This document shows positions 31,896 to 42,693 of a stretch of 64,000 bases of DNA, piece after piece (the stretch's first letter is position 1; every line of letters begins with the position of its first letter). The position numbers and the translations under genes are program-made. Source of the DNA: an uncultured Phycisphaerales bacterium. GTDB taxonomy: Bacteria > Planctomycetota > Phycisphaerae > Tepidisphaerales > Tepidisphaeraceae. Below the pieces are notes generated by a model. That model saw nothing but the letters and a program-made list of their open reading frames with translations. It did not search any database and was not told where the DNA came from. The stretch is from the NCBI GenBank assembly GCA_963755915.1, contig CAVWLP010000002.1, positions 864,001 through 928,000 on the forward strand, given 5' to 3'.

Positions 31896-33603
31896 TCATT
31901 CCATCACGTGATTGGCCAGCCAATCGACGCAGTGGATGAGGAATTTTCCGTGGGTGGGGTTCTGGAGATCGTCGGGAATGGGTTCCCAGCTGGTAAACTG
32001 GCAGTTGACGATTCGCCCGCTGCCGAGGCGGCTGAGAATCAGCGGATAAAAGGCGTAGTTGGCGGGGATGGGGTCGCGGGAGGTAACGGGATGGATGTCG
32101 TCGAGATTGGTGACGGACATGAGCCCGATGGCGCGGTCGGCGAGGGTGCCGCATTCACCGTTGACGGGAAGGGTGAGCCAGTCGTCGGTCTTGAGATTGC
32201 CGAGGAGGGGGTGGGGGGTGAGGACCTGGCAATCGGCGCCGACGGAGCAGTATTCCCAGACGCCTTGCTTGAGGCCGTTAAGCTCGTCGACGGGGGGAGT
32301 GCCGATGCCGGGGGTTTGAAGGGCGAAGCCGGAGAGAACCAGCAGACCCTTGCCGGCGCGGACGGCGGATTCGATGCCGGCGACGATTTGCGGGCTTTCG
32401 TTCCAGACGCGCTGGCAGGCGATGACATCGAGGCTCAGCAGTTGATCTTTTTGGGAAGCGTCCAGTGGAGTGATTCCGCGGAAGCCGGCGTGAAGGGCGG
32501 CGGCGAGATCTGTTGCATCCTGCGTCCCCGGCTCGATGACGGGCACGACCTGGATTTCGGGATCGTCGCGAAGAGCGCGGAAGGTGTCGAGGTAGCCGTC
32601 TTTGAGGGCATAGGGCTCGTCAGATTCGTGAGGACCGGCGGCCGTGAATTCGCTGAGCAGCAGGCCGACGCGGATCGTGCCCGTGCGCGGGGGAGGGTCG
32701 GCGATTGTTGCGACGGAGATTGACGCGGGCGGCGGCGAGAAATGGCGGACGATTTTGACGCCGCCAATGCTGGCGGCGGCGGTAACGACAACCGCGGCGA
32801 TTGCATAAGCGACAGACGAAGGGATGGCAAAAATCGCTGAAGACGAAAACGCCGACTGGGCCAGCACGTGGGCGGCGTGGGTTGACGAGGCGGTGAGGGT
32901 TGAAGCGGCGGCGGGAACCGCGGCCGATACGGTGGGTTGCATGGCGGCGGCAAAAGACTTGGCCGCCAGATCCGAGGGGGTGGGGAGACGGCCGAGGGCA
33001 ATGATGGTGGCGGCGAGAGATTCCAGAGGGGATTCCAGGGGGAATTCCATCGCGGTTTCCACTCCGCGCGCGGCAAATCGCTTGCGAAGCTTGGCCAGGG
33101 CGCGGGTGAGGCGCTTGGTGGCGGCGGATTCGGTGACGCCCATGGCGGCGGCAACCCGTGCGGGGGCATATCCCTGGAGATATCGGAGCGTGATCGCGGT
33201 GCGGTCGCGCGGGCCGAGGTAGGAGAGGGCCTCATCGAGAAGCTCGCTGATTCGCGGGCGATTGTCGGGAGAATCGGATTCGGTTTTCATCGAAGCCACC
33301 TGGAGTTCGCGAATTTTTCTGCGGATTTCGGCGCGGCGTGCTTCCATGGCGATGAAGCGCGTGGTCTTGATAAGCCAGCCAGGGAGTGTGCTGCCGTTGA
33401 GATGGCGCGCCTTGCGGGCAAGAACGATAAAGACGGCCTGAGAGGCGTCTTCGGCCAGGGCGTGGTCGCGCAACTGGCGCATGGCGGCGGAATAGACGAG
33501 GTCGACGTACTGCTGAACCAGGGCGAAAGGCGTCCTGGTCGCCGACATGCGCGTAGAGGCGAAGAAGCTCGGCGTCAGAGAGAGAAATAAAGCCTCCGTT
33601 CAA
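31896..33603 (-). CDS. ECF sigma-70 factor with TM and C-terminal extension (frameshift near 33525)
   Basis: [37 protein letters not shown] (region 2), [26 protein letters not shown] (region 4), TM, globular C-domain. Confidence 0.85.
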
Positions 33604-33664
33604 GAGAATATTGTCGCTCAGATGTGAAAATGGACGTTTTATTTTTAACGTACGGCAAACGAGC

Positions 33665-34219
33665 CTATTTGTGCTTGGAGGAGGGCTGGGGGGAATTGCT
33701 CAGGAGGAAAATCAGTTTGGCGTCATGGGTCGCCTGGGCAAAACTGAGGGGGGATCGGCCCCTAATGTCGCGGGCGGTGGGATTAGCGCCGTGATTTAAC
33801 AGGATGAGGGCGGTGGTGGCCGAGTTGGGGGCCCCCGCCGCGCACATGAGGGGGGTGCGTCCGGCGGGGCTGGGGAAGTTGGGGTCGGCGCCCCAGTCGA
33901 GAAGCTGGAGAAGGACCGGGAGACTGCCGGAGGCGGCGGCGCAGCGGAGGGGATTGGCCAGGACAGGACGCGGGTCGTCGAGCTCAGGCGAGAATTCATA
34001 GGATGCCCAGATGGATTTGAGTCGAGGTAGATCGCTTTTTAGCGCGGCAAGGTCGAGCTGCTCTTCAAGGATGGGAGTTGAGGGGGAAGCGTTTTCGTGC
34101 GGGGGTTGGGCGGCGATGAGGGCAATGCAGACCATCCCGATCAGGGCGATCCAGAGCCGAAATGGGCGATCGGTCTGTGGGCGCGGCGAATGATCGCCTC
34201 GCGGCGGTGACTGGGGCAT
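33665..34219 (-). CDS. Membrane-anchored ankyrin-repeat protein, paralog of 31425-31871
   Basis: DRPFRLWIALI TM; LLDWGADPN, GRTPLMCAA, LLNHGANP, GRSPL. Confidence 0.8.
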   Translation of the reverse strand: MPQSPPRGDHSPRPQTDRPFRLWIALIGMVCIALIAAQPPHENASPSTPILEEQLDLAALKSDLPRLKSIWASYEFSPELDDPRPVLANPLRCAAASGSLPVLLQLLDWGADPNFPSPAGRTPLMCAAGAPNSATTALILLNHGANPTARDIRGRSPLSFAQATHDAKLIFLLSNSPQPSSKHK

Positions 34220-34402
34220 CGACTTCCTTCCCTATTACGAATGGAGCCCAGGGTTGAACGGGAAAATGCAGTATAGCGGAAATTTGCCGGTTGCAATGTT
34301 AAATTTTCGTGTGTGGAATTGGGAAGGGTGCGAAGGCGTGGGGTGGTACAATCGAGAGTGTGGTGCTTTGGGCAGGGCATGTAGCCGAAAACTCACGTGA
34401 AT

Positions 34403-34915
34403 ATGCAGGCGGAATCGACGAGCAACGAAGCGTTTGAAGCCGAGGCGCGGCGGCGGGGAAAATTATTTTTCCGGCAGCAGTTTTGGATGGTGTTGCCGGT
34501 TCTGGGCATGGTGCTTGTGGGGTTGGCGATTTTTGTGGGGTTAGCAGTGATTTTGGGGCTGACGAATCATCGGCGACTTTCGGACTGGTTGATGCTGGTG
34601 GAGGCGATCGTGTTTCTGGTGGTGCTGAATCAATATGCGGCGTATATGGGGAGGCGGGCGGCGCGGCTGGTATCGGTGAATTGTCCGGCGTGCGGGGCGG
34701 CGGCGCATTTTGAGACGGCGCCGCTGCCGGACACGCAGATTTATATGGTTTGTCCGAATTGCGATCAGCGGGCGGGAACGGGGTTTAAGGTTCCGCATAG
34801 TCGCCAAATGGGAGGGAGATATGCGATGGGATACGATTGGGAGAGGCGGAAGAAGATTGGGGCGCAGGTAATCGTGCGGGTGAGGAGGGGGAAGAGGAAG
34901 GGTGAGAAAGTGTGA
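34403..34915 (+). CDS. Two-TM protein with Zn-ribbon
   Basis: Two TMs then CPACG...CPNC. Confidence 0.6.
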   Translation: MQAESTSNEAFEAEARRRGKLFFRQQFWMVLPVLGMVLVGLAIFVGLAVILGLTNHRRLSDWLMLVEAIVFLVVLNQYAAYMGRRAARLVSVNCPACGAAAHFETAPLPDTQIYMVCPNCDQRAGTGFKVPHSRQMGGRYAMGYDWERRKKIGAQVIVRVRRGKRKGEKV

Positions 34916-34945
34916 AGGTGTGAAGGTAAGAAAGTGGGAGGGGAA

Positions 34946-36355
34946 TTAATAGAGTTTGGTTTGGGTGGGGGATTTGGCGGCGGATTTTACGTTTTGCCAG
35001 CTTTGGCGGCAGGCGGGGATGTCGGCGGAGGGATAGTCTTTGCCGCTGGTGGGGACGAGGGTTTTGGCGGGGAGTGGGGGCAGCAGGTCGCCGTGAGCGG
35101 CGATCAGTTCGTCGCACATTTCCACGATTTTATCGAGGGGCAAAACCGCGGCGGTGAGGGGGTCGAACATGGCGGCCTGGTAGACGTGGTCGCGGCGGTT
35201 TTCCAGAGCGGCGCGGATGAATAGCTCGTGCTGGGAGATGTGGGGATTCATATAGGCGACTAGCTGCGGCGGGAGTTCGCCGACGGTGGTGAACTGGGGG
35301 CCGTTGCGATCGACGAGGGTGGGGACTTCAGCGATGGCGGTTTTGGGGAGATTGGAGATGGCGCCGTTGTTTGGCATGTTGCCGTAGACGACGGTGGGTG
35401 TGCCGGTCGTCATGGAGTGGATGATCGTGCTGCCGTATTCGTGGCTGCGGTGGATGTCCATTTTTTCGGGGCTTTTGCTGAAAGTCTTCATGCGCTCGAA
35501 CTCGTCGATGATGGCGTCGCAACGGCGGGGGTATTCGTCGAGGGGGATGTGAAAGCGGTCGACCATCTCGTGGCCGTGGGGGATGAAATGGGGGTTGTAC
35601 TCGGCGTTGTGCTCGGAGCTTTCGGTGACGAAATAGCCGAGGCGTTTCATGAGCTCGAAACGGACGGCGTTGTGGGCGAAGGTTTCGGGGTTCTGCATGG
35701 CCTGGAAAAGGCGCGGATACAAGTCCTCGCCATTTTTTTTGAGTTTTAGGTAGAAGGCCATGTGGTTGATGCCGGCGCAGATGAAGGAGACTTTTTTGGG
35801 GTCTTCGTTGATGTAACGCATGAGTTGGTCGAAGGTGCCCTGGACGGAGTGGCACAGGCCGATGGCGGGAACGCAGCTCGTGCGCGAGATCGTCTGCATG
35901 TTCATCGACATGGGGTTGGAATAATTGAGCAATAGAGCGCGCGGGCAAACGTCGGCCATGTCGCGGCACATGGAGGTGAGCATGGGGAAAGTTCGCAGGG
36001 CGCGGAAGAGGCCACCGGGGCCGGTGGTGTCGGCGATGGTGAAACGGAGGCTGTATTTTCGGGGGATTTCGAAATCGACAAGGGTGGAATCGAAGCCGCC
36101 GATCTGGACCATGTTGATGACGAAATCTGCTCCGGAGAGGGCCTGGCGGCGGTCGGTGGTGCCTTCGATTTTGGGATTGGCGCCCAGGGCGTGGGCGACT
36201 TTTTTGCAGAGATTGACGCCCACATCGAGCCGCTGGCCGTCGATATCCATGTAACTGATGGTGGCGTTCTTGAACTCGGGGTAGGAGAGGATGTCTCCGG
36301 TGAGATTTTTGGAGAAAACGACGCTGCCGGCGCCGATCATGGCGATTTTGATCAT
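34946..36355 (-). CDS. melA: Alpha-galactosidase, glycoside hydrolase family 4
   Basis: KIAMIGAGSVVF, ADTTGPGGLFRALRT, LLNYSNPM, GLCHSVQ, GINHM, FVTESSEHNAEY. Confidence 0.9.
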   Translation of the reverse strand: MIKIAMIGAGSVVFSKNLTGDILSYPEFKNATISYMDIDGQRLDVGVNLCKKVAHALGANPKIEGTTDRRQALSGADFVINMVQIGGFDSTLVDFEIPRKYSLRFTIADTTGPGGLFRALRTFPMLTSMCRDMADVCPRALLLNYSNPMSMNMQTISRTSCVPAIGLCHSVQGTFDQLMRYINEDPKKVSFICAGINHMAFYLKLKKNGEDLYPRLFQAMQNPETFAHNAVRFELMKRLGYFVTESSEHNAEYNPHFIPHGHEMVDRFHIPLDEYPRRCDAIIDEFERMKTFSKSPEKMDIHRSHEYGSTIIHSMTTGTPTVVYGNMPNNGAISNLPKTAIAEVPTLVDRNGPQFTTVGELPPQLVAYMNPHISQHELFIRAALENRRDHVYQAAMFDPLTAAVLPLDKIVEMCDELIAAHGDLLPPLPAKTLVPTSGKDYPSADIPACRQSWQNVKSAAKSPTQTKLY

Positions 36356-36604
36356 TGTGGAAACCAGAATGACGAAACCCGAAATTAGAATCAAGGGCGA
36401 TTAATCAATTCGCTTCTGAATCGCATGGCAATCACACTTGTGCAGGAAGTGCGATAGACAGCACTAGCGGCTAGAAACTCCCCATACTTATGACAGGGCA
36501 CCGATGGACATTACGAAGAATTTTATTGAGTGCGGGGCCGGACCGGATCGTATTGGTATCCGGACCTGGGGTTAGAAGGGATCGCGCGGTTGAGAGGAGG
36601 CAAA

Positions 36605-37737
36605 ATGAAAATTGTTGCGCGGATTCTCGTCATAATCGTGCTCATCATCGTGGGGGGACGTTTCGCGCTAAATCTTCTATTTTTCGGGCGGTTGACGGCG
36701 CCGGGGATGAGTGACTTCGCGACAATTGCGAAGCAGAATCAATACATCGTCCAAGCGATTTGCGATTTCCGGGCGGACCATGGAATGCTGCCACAGGCTA
36801 TGGGCGATCTTGTTCCCAACTATCTCTCCAGGATGCCAGGGGGCATGGTGTTTTTCGACGGCGACTCGCTCGATATCCCTGCGGCGCACCGCACACGGGT
36901 GTTTATTATTCATTCCGAGCTGGACAGGAGGGCTGGTTCGTCGGAGGCGATTTTGGCAACGGCCCATTGCCTCTGCCGAAAGTCGCCTCGACGCATCCAT
37001 CACCCGTCGGCGACGACCTGGCAAAAACACGTGTTGCCGAGTACGACCGGCGCATTGCAGCTGACCCAAAGTCCCATCGAAATTACGTGCAGAAATTGGA
37101 CTACTTGTACTCGGTGGGCAAGACGGACGAACTTCTGGCGGCATGTAAGCTTGCATCGCAACGATTTCCGCAATGGTGGCGACCTAAGATGGTGGAGGCA
37201 GTATTGGCGGATTCTAAGTCGCGACCGCAGGCCGAGGCGAGCTTTCGCGCTTGGGCCGGAGCAAATCCCGGTTTCATCCACTGGTGGTATCTATGTCGAT
37301 ACTACGGTGATATCGGGCGCGACCACGAAGCGGTGGCGGCGTTGGAAAATGCCGTGAAATATCCGCTTCAGAACATCGACGATGACGAGGATTGGGTTCC
37401 GGCAGCGTTCGCATTCGATGCGGCGGCCTATGCCTACAATCAAAAGCGATTTCCGCTGGTTTTGGAAATCGCGCGCGTCTGGGCGTCGCCCGTAGGGATT
37501 TATAATTATTTCGATAACGATATTTACGCGTTTCGTGCGGCGGCGGAATTATCTTTGGGTAGGTTCGCAGACGCGAAAGCTGATGCGGACAAGGCGGTGC
37601 AGGCGAATGCGCAACAGGCGATGTGGGCGGGACATTTGCCTGACCTGCAGGCAGCTGCAAATCGACAAGATCAGGGGTTCGTTTACGATCCAGGCACCCA
37701 ATGCGGAGATTGGACGCTGTTCCAACCGCCACAATAG
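36605..37737 (+). CDS. Hypothetical protein: N-terminal TM, pseudopilin-like helix, TPR-like C-terminus (frameshift near 36905)
   Basis: GGAGG RBS; ORF 36530-37357 N-part joins ORF 36760-37737; IVQAICDFRADHGMLP..LVPNYL. Confidence 0.6.
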
Positions 37738-37853
37738 TTTCTGGATCGCGATTTTTTATTGGACTTGTTCTAAAGCGGGTCGTGCGTTTTCAGAGAAAGG
37801 AGACTGGGCGTACAATTAGGCTTGCCGCGATTGCGCGGTGATGTGACGAGCGC

Positions 37854-40800
37854 ATGGTTTTCACGACCCAGTGTCCACAATGCGGGAAGATTTTGTGGTT
37901 TGCCAGCAATTTGACTGGGAAGCTGACGATCTGCCCTGCGTGTGGAGCAGTGATGAAGCTGACCCCCCCGCCGGAGGCGGCTGGCCCGGCGGAGGCGGCG
38001 CCGGAGGGGACGATTCCGCTGATGCCTGAAGCGGCGCAGGCGGCGCCACCGCTGCCGCCAGCGGACGAGCAGCCGCCGCCGATGGGATCGGCGGATGGTG
38101 AGGTCAACCAGGAGACGGGAACGCCGATCTTGGGGCAGGAGCCGGTCGCGGAGCCGATTCAGGAGCAGATTCCGGCGGCCGTGGAAGAGGCATCGCTGGC
38201 GCACCAGGCGGCGCTGGCGGCGGCGGGGGAAGTACACGTCGAGGTGAATGAAGGGGAGATGGTTGAATTCGGTGCCCAGGGCGAGATCAACGCCCAGATG
38301 GCGCCGCCTCAGCCGTCGATGGCGCCGCCGGAGTGGTCGCCCGCCCCGCTGTCGGATTATGGGGCCGCGCAACCGCCGGCGAACCAGGAGATGGTTTGGA
38401 TTCCATCGTCGGCGTCGCGGATCGATTCGCTGATGAGGGGCTCGCCGGCGCGGTCGATCGAGGATGAAGAGAGCCGGCGGCGGACGATTATCTGGGCGCT
38501 AGGAGCGACGGGGGTTGTGGGATTGATCATCGGGCTTTTGTGGCTGCTGCGCGGACAGGCGCCGGTGGTGACGTGGGAGCAGCAGAATCGCGACGCGATC
38601 CTGACGCTGAAGGATGAGGCGGAGCAGCTTGCCGTCGACGGCGACAACCAGCGGGCGTATGAGAAATACCAGGAGCTGGAGCGGATGGTTTCGGGGCAGA
38701 CGATCACCGACCCGTATTTGCAGCAGGAATTGGCGCGAAGCTGGGTGCGGAAGGATTCGCTGTATGACCTGCTGACGGCGGCGAAGCGAGCCGCAGGCTG
38801 AGAAAGAAGCGGCGGCGACAATGCCATCTCCTGGGCCATCGCTTGGGCCATCGCCGGGTGCGTCGGCATCGGCGCATCCGCCGACCCCCCCGCCGGGGCA
38901 GGTGAGCCCCGCGTCAGAGCCCAGCGAGAGCCAGAATTTTTTGTTGCTTCCCCCGCTACCGTTGCCGGTGACGCCGCCTCCGGCGCAGGCGGCGCCAAAG
39001 CCGCGGATAGCGGTGAACAAGCATCCGGCGGTGAAGCCGGATCCCGTGCCGCAGACGGGCTTGACGGACGCGCAGGTGGGGGATTCGATCCAGAAGGGGG
39101 TGGATTTTCTGTTGGGAAAATTCAGCGGGCCGGAAATCGCCGGGCAATACGAGCATTATGAGGGGCTCGACACGCTGGCGGTCTATGCCCTCATGCAGGC
39201 GGGGCTGGCCACGCACGACAAACGGCTTGACATCCACAACCCGTTCATGGTTGACGCCATCGACGCGATGAAGAAGTTTCCGATGGTGACGGATTATGTG
39301 ACCTACGCCCGGTCCCTTCGTGCGACGGCGCTGGCGCTTTACGATAGGCCGCAGGATCATGCGGCCATCCGCGAAGATGTCGACTGGCTGATCCAGTCGC
39401 AGGAGGGAGGGGCGTTCACGTACAACAACGAATTCCCGCGCGGCGGAGGTTTTTCATTCTGGGACAATTCGAATTCGCAGTATGGCTTGCTCGGGGTGTG
39501 GTCGGGCGCGGAGGTGGGGATACAGATTCCGATGGATTTCTGGCGCGACGTGCGCGAGCACTGGAATAAATACCAGTTGCCGGACGGCGAGTGGTGCTAT
39601 CGCGAAGACCAGACCGATCCGAGCCGGTCGATGACGCTGGCGGGGATCGCCTCGCTGCTGGTGGCGCAGGATTATCTGGAATCGGCGGATTACGCGGAGC
39701 AGGTGGGACGGGCGCCCTATTCGCCGGCGCTGGCGAAGGCGCTGGGGTGGCTGGCGAGCGAAGACAACAGCGTGATCGCCCTGCCGCACACGGCGGATTT
39801 CTATACCTATTATTCGCTGTACGGGCTGGAGCGGACGGGGCTGGCTTCGGGCTACAAATATTACGGTGCGCACGACTGGTATCGCGAGCGGGCGGCGGAC
39901 ATCATCGCGGCGCAAAAGGACGACGGCTCGTGGGGAAACCTCGGCGACGCGTTCGACACGGTGGTGGACACAGCATTCTCGATCCTCTTCCTGCGCGCGG
40001 CCGGCACCCGGTGCTGATGAACAAGCTGAATTACGACGGCGACTGGGCCAACCGCCCGAGGGATGTCGCCAACCTGGCGCGCTTCGCCAGCGCGGAGCTG
40101 GAGCGGCCGCTGAACTGGCAGATCGTGCCGCTGAACCAGGCGTGGACGGACAGCCCGATTCTTTATCTCTCCGGCGACAAGCCGCCGAAGCTGAGCGACC
40201 AGGACAAGTGGAATATCAAGCAGTACATACTCAACGGCGGCATGCTGCTTACGCAGGCGGACGCCGGGAGCGAGGAATTTTCGGCGTTCGTCAGACAACT
40301 GGGCAGGGAGCTTTTTCCGCAATATCAGTGGCAGGATTTGCCGGACGATTCGGTGGTTTTTTCGGTTTCCTATCACATCTCGGATCATCCGAAGATCGAG
40401 GCGATCAGCAACGGCTCGCGGATTTTGATGATGCACTGGCCGGAGGATGTTTCGAAGTATTGGCAGCTTCGGCAGGACCGGATTCACCGCCCGGCGTTTG
40501 AGCTGGGGGTAAACCTGGCGCTGTACGCGGCCGGCAAGAGCGATTTGAAGAACCGCGTGGAGTCGGAGGAAATCGAGATGCCGCCGGACGAGCCGCTGGC
40601 GTCGATGAAGATCGCGCGGGTGAAATATCGAGGCAACTGGGACCCGGAGCCAAACGCGTGGGATCGCGGGCGCAGATGGCTGCGGCAGCAGACGAGCCTG
40701 GATATCGATCCGGAGGCGACGGAGGCTGGAGATCTGAGCGCCAGCAAAGCGCCGCTGGCGGATCTCGTCGGCACGGGGAAATTGGAGCTGACCGACAAGC

Positions 40801-41216
40801 AGATCGCGTCGATGAAGAAATATGTGAAGGGCGGGGGGATTTTGCTGGTCGAGCCTTGCGGCCAGCCGGATGCGTTTTTGCAGAGCTTTCACGACGACGT
40901 GCTGCTGCGGATGTTTCCGGATGCGAATGCCGAGCCGGTGAGCGATTCGAGCCCATTGATGACCGCCAGCGGCAATGGGATGAGTGATGTCTCCAACCCC
41001 GACGTGCGGCAGTTTGTGAGATCGTACACCGACATCACCGACTGGCGGCCGATGATGGCCAAACAAGGCCAGGGGCGGATTTTGATCTTGCCGGTGGATA
41101 TGACCAGCGGACTTTTGGGAGCGGATGCTTGGGGGATCGCGGGGTATGAGCCGGAGTATGCGTTGCAGCTAATGAAGAATATTGTGCTTTGGAGTTGGGA
41201 TGGGGGAGGGGATTAG
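37854..41216 (+). CDS. Zn-ribbon / TM / prenyltransferase-like toroid / tandem DUF4159 protein (frameshifts near 38790 and 39995)
   Basis: CPQCG..CPACG; DNSNSQYGLLG, YYSLYGLERTG, HDWY, QKDDGSW; then two DUF4159-like domains (WANRPRD..., GNWDPEP...). Confidence 0.75.
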
Positions 41217-41282
41217 AATCGCGGGTTGGAATCGGAAGCTGCCGACGCAATACTTGTGATAGAATGGAAAAGAGAGAATAAG

Positions 41283-41575
41283 ATGAAATTAACTCAGGAA
41301 ATGTTGCGACAAAAACGCGATGGGATTCTGAGTATCGCCCGCCGCTACGGCGCCCACGATGTACGGATATTTGGCTCGGTGGCGCGAGGCGATAACAGCG
41401 ACCAATCGGACCTCGACCTGATTGTTCGTTTTGACGACGGCCGAACATTGCTTGACCAGGGCGGTTTGCTGATGGAACTGCGCGAATTTCTGGGGATGAG
41501 AGTCGATGTTGTTGACGAAGGCGCGTAAGCGGAAGATTCGAAAAAATTGTGCGCAAAGAGGCAGTCCCCCTATGA
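41283..41575 (+). CDS. MNT nucleotidyltransferase antitoxin (frameshift near 41526)
   Basis: [15 protein letters not shown] motif; the corrected frame ends EAVPL* overlapping the HEPN start (ATGA). Confidence 0.85.
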
Positions 41576-41934
41576 CGACCCAGAGGGGCAATCGACTTCG
41601 TCTTCAGGATATTCTCGATGCCGTCAACGAGATTCAACGATACCTCCCCACAGAGCGGGCGGGATTTGACGCTAACCCCCTGCTTCAATCCCACATCTTT
41701 CGTCATGTAATGATCGTAGGTGAGGCGACATTCCGGCTATCGAAAGACCTGAAACAGAGTCATCCGCAAATTCCATGGGCAAAAATCGAGGGAATGCGAC
41801 ACATTCTGGTGCATGATTATTTTAAGGTCAATTGGGCGCGTGTGTACGACACCGCACGCCTTGATGTGCCTATACTCAAGACTCAGATCGAGCAAATCCT
41901 CGCGTCATTGCCCCTAGACCCCTCTGTGCCATAA
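41572..41934 (+). CDS. HEPN/DUF86 ribonuclease toxin
   Basis: IVGEA, PQIPW..IEGMRHILVHDY (RX4HXY). Confidence 0.88.
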   Translation: MTTQRGNRLRLQDILDAVNEIQRYLPTERAGFDANPLLQSHIFRHVMIVGEATFRLSKDLKQSHPQIPWAKIEGMRHILVHDYFKVNWARVYDTARLDVPILKTQIEQILASLPLDPSVP

Positions 41935-41943
41935 GCGTCAGGT

Positions 41944-42651
41944 TTACCGCGTCAGCGCCTGCTGATATAGCGGATCAATCGGCGCTTCTTCAATCGACCC
42001 ATCCCCGCTCGGGCGAAGCGTAATCGTGTAGACGTGACCAGGCAGAAATTGCCCAAACAGCCCCTGCCCGTCCATGGCGCGAATGCCGCGGGATTCGCGG
42101 GCGTCTTTGTCGTTGTAGAGCTGCCAGAAATTATCCCATAGATCTTTTTGTTCTTCCGAGATCTGCGGATCCTGGCCGCGGTAGAAATCGGGGATGGAGT
42201 TGGGGGTGTCGATCGCGAAGCCGGAGTTGGGGGACTGGTCGGCGCCGTAGACTCTTGTGAAGAGCATGATGGCTTGGCCGCGCAGCGGGTCGATTTCCGG
42301 CTTCTCGACGTACTCGTCCTTGAATTTGATCACCTCGGCGTCGAAGTGGGCTTCGGTGCCGTCGATCGTAAATTGCCGCGCGGGCAGATCGCGGCCGTCG
42401 GGCGTTGTCTCCTGGAAGAGGAGGGTTGTCTGGAGTTGTCCGCCGGACATCTTCTGGGCGGTGACCAGAATCCTCGCTACGCGCCGGTCGGCTTCGAGGC
42501 GCTGGCGAATCTGCTCCAGCTCCTGGTTCTTGCGCTCGACTTCCTCGATCTGCCGCTGGGCGGCGGTGTGGACGTAGTAGAAAAACAGGCCCGTGGATCC
42601 GGCGATCAGCAGGATCGATAGGAAGATGAGCTTGGCAATGGTGCGCAGCAT
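41944..42651 (-). CDS. Membrane-anchored conserved hypothetical protein
   Basis: N-terminal TM, coiled-coil, globular domain; no family recognised. Confidence 0.7.
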   Translation of the reverse strand: MLRTIAKLIFLSILLIAGSTGLFFYYVHTAAQRQIEEVERKNQELEQIRQRLEADRRVARILVTAQKMSGGQLQTTLLFQETTPDGRDLPARQFTIDGTEAHFDAEVIKFKDEYVEKPEIDPLRGQAIMLFTRVYGADQSPNSGFAIDTPNSIPDFYRGQDPQISEEQKDLWDNFWQLYNDKDARESRGIRAMDGQGLFGQFLPGHVYTITLRPSGDGSIEEAPIDPLYQQALTR

Positions 42652-42693
42652 GGGCGTCTCATTTAGATTATCGGTCTTTCTGGGGGCATCGCA

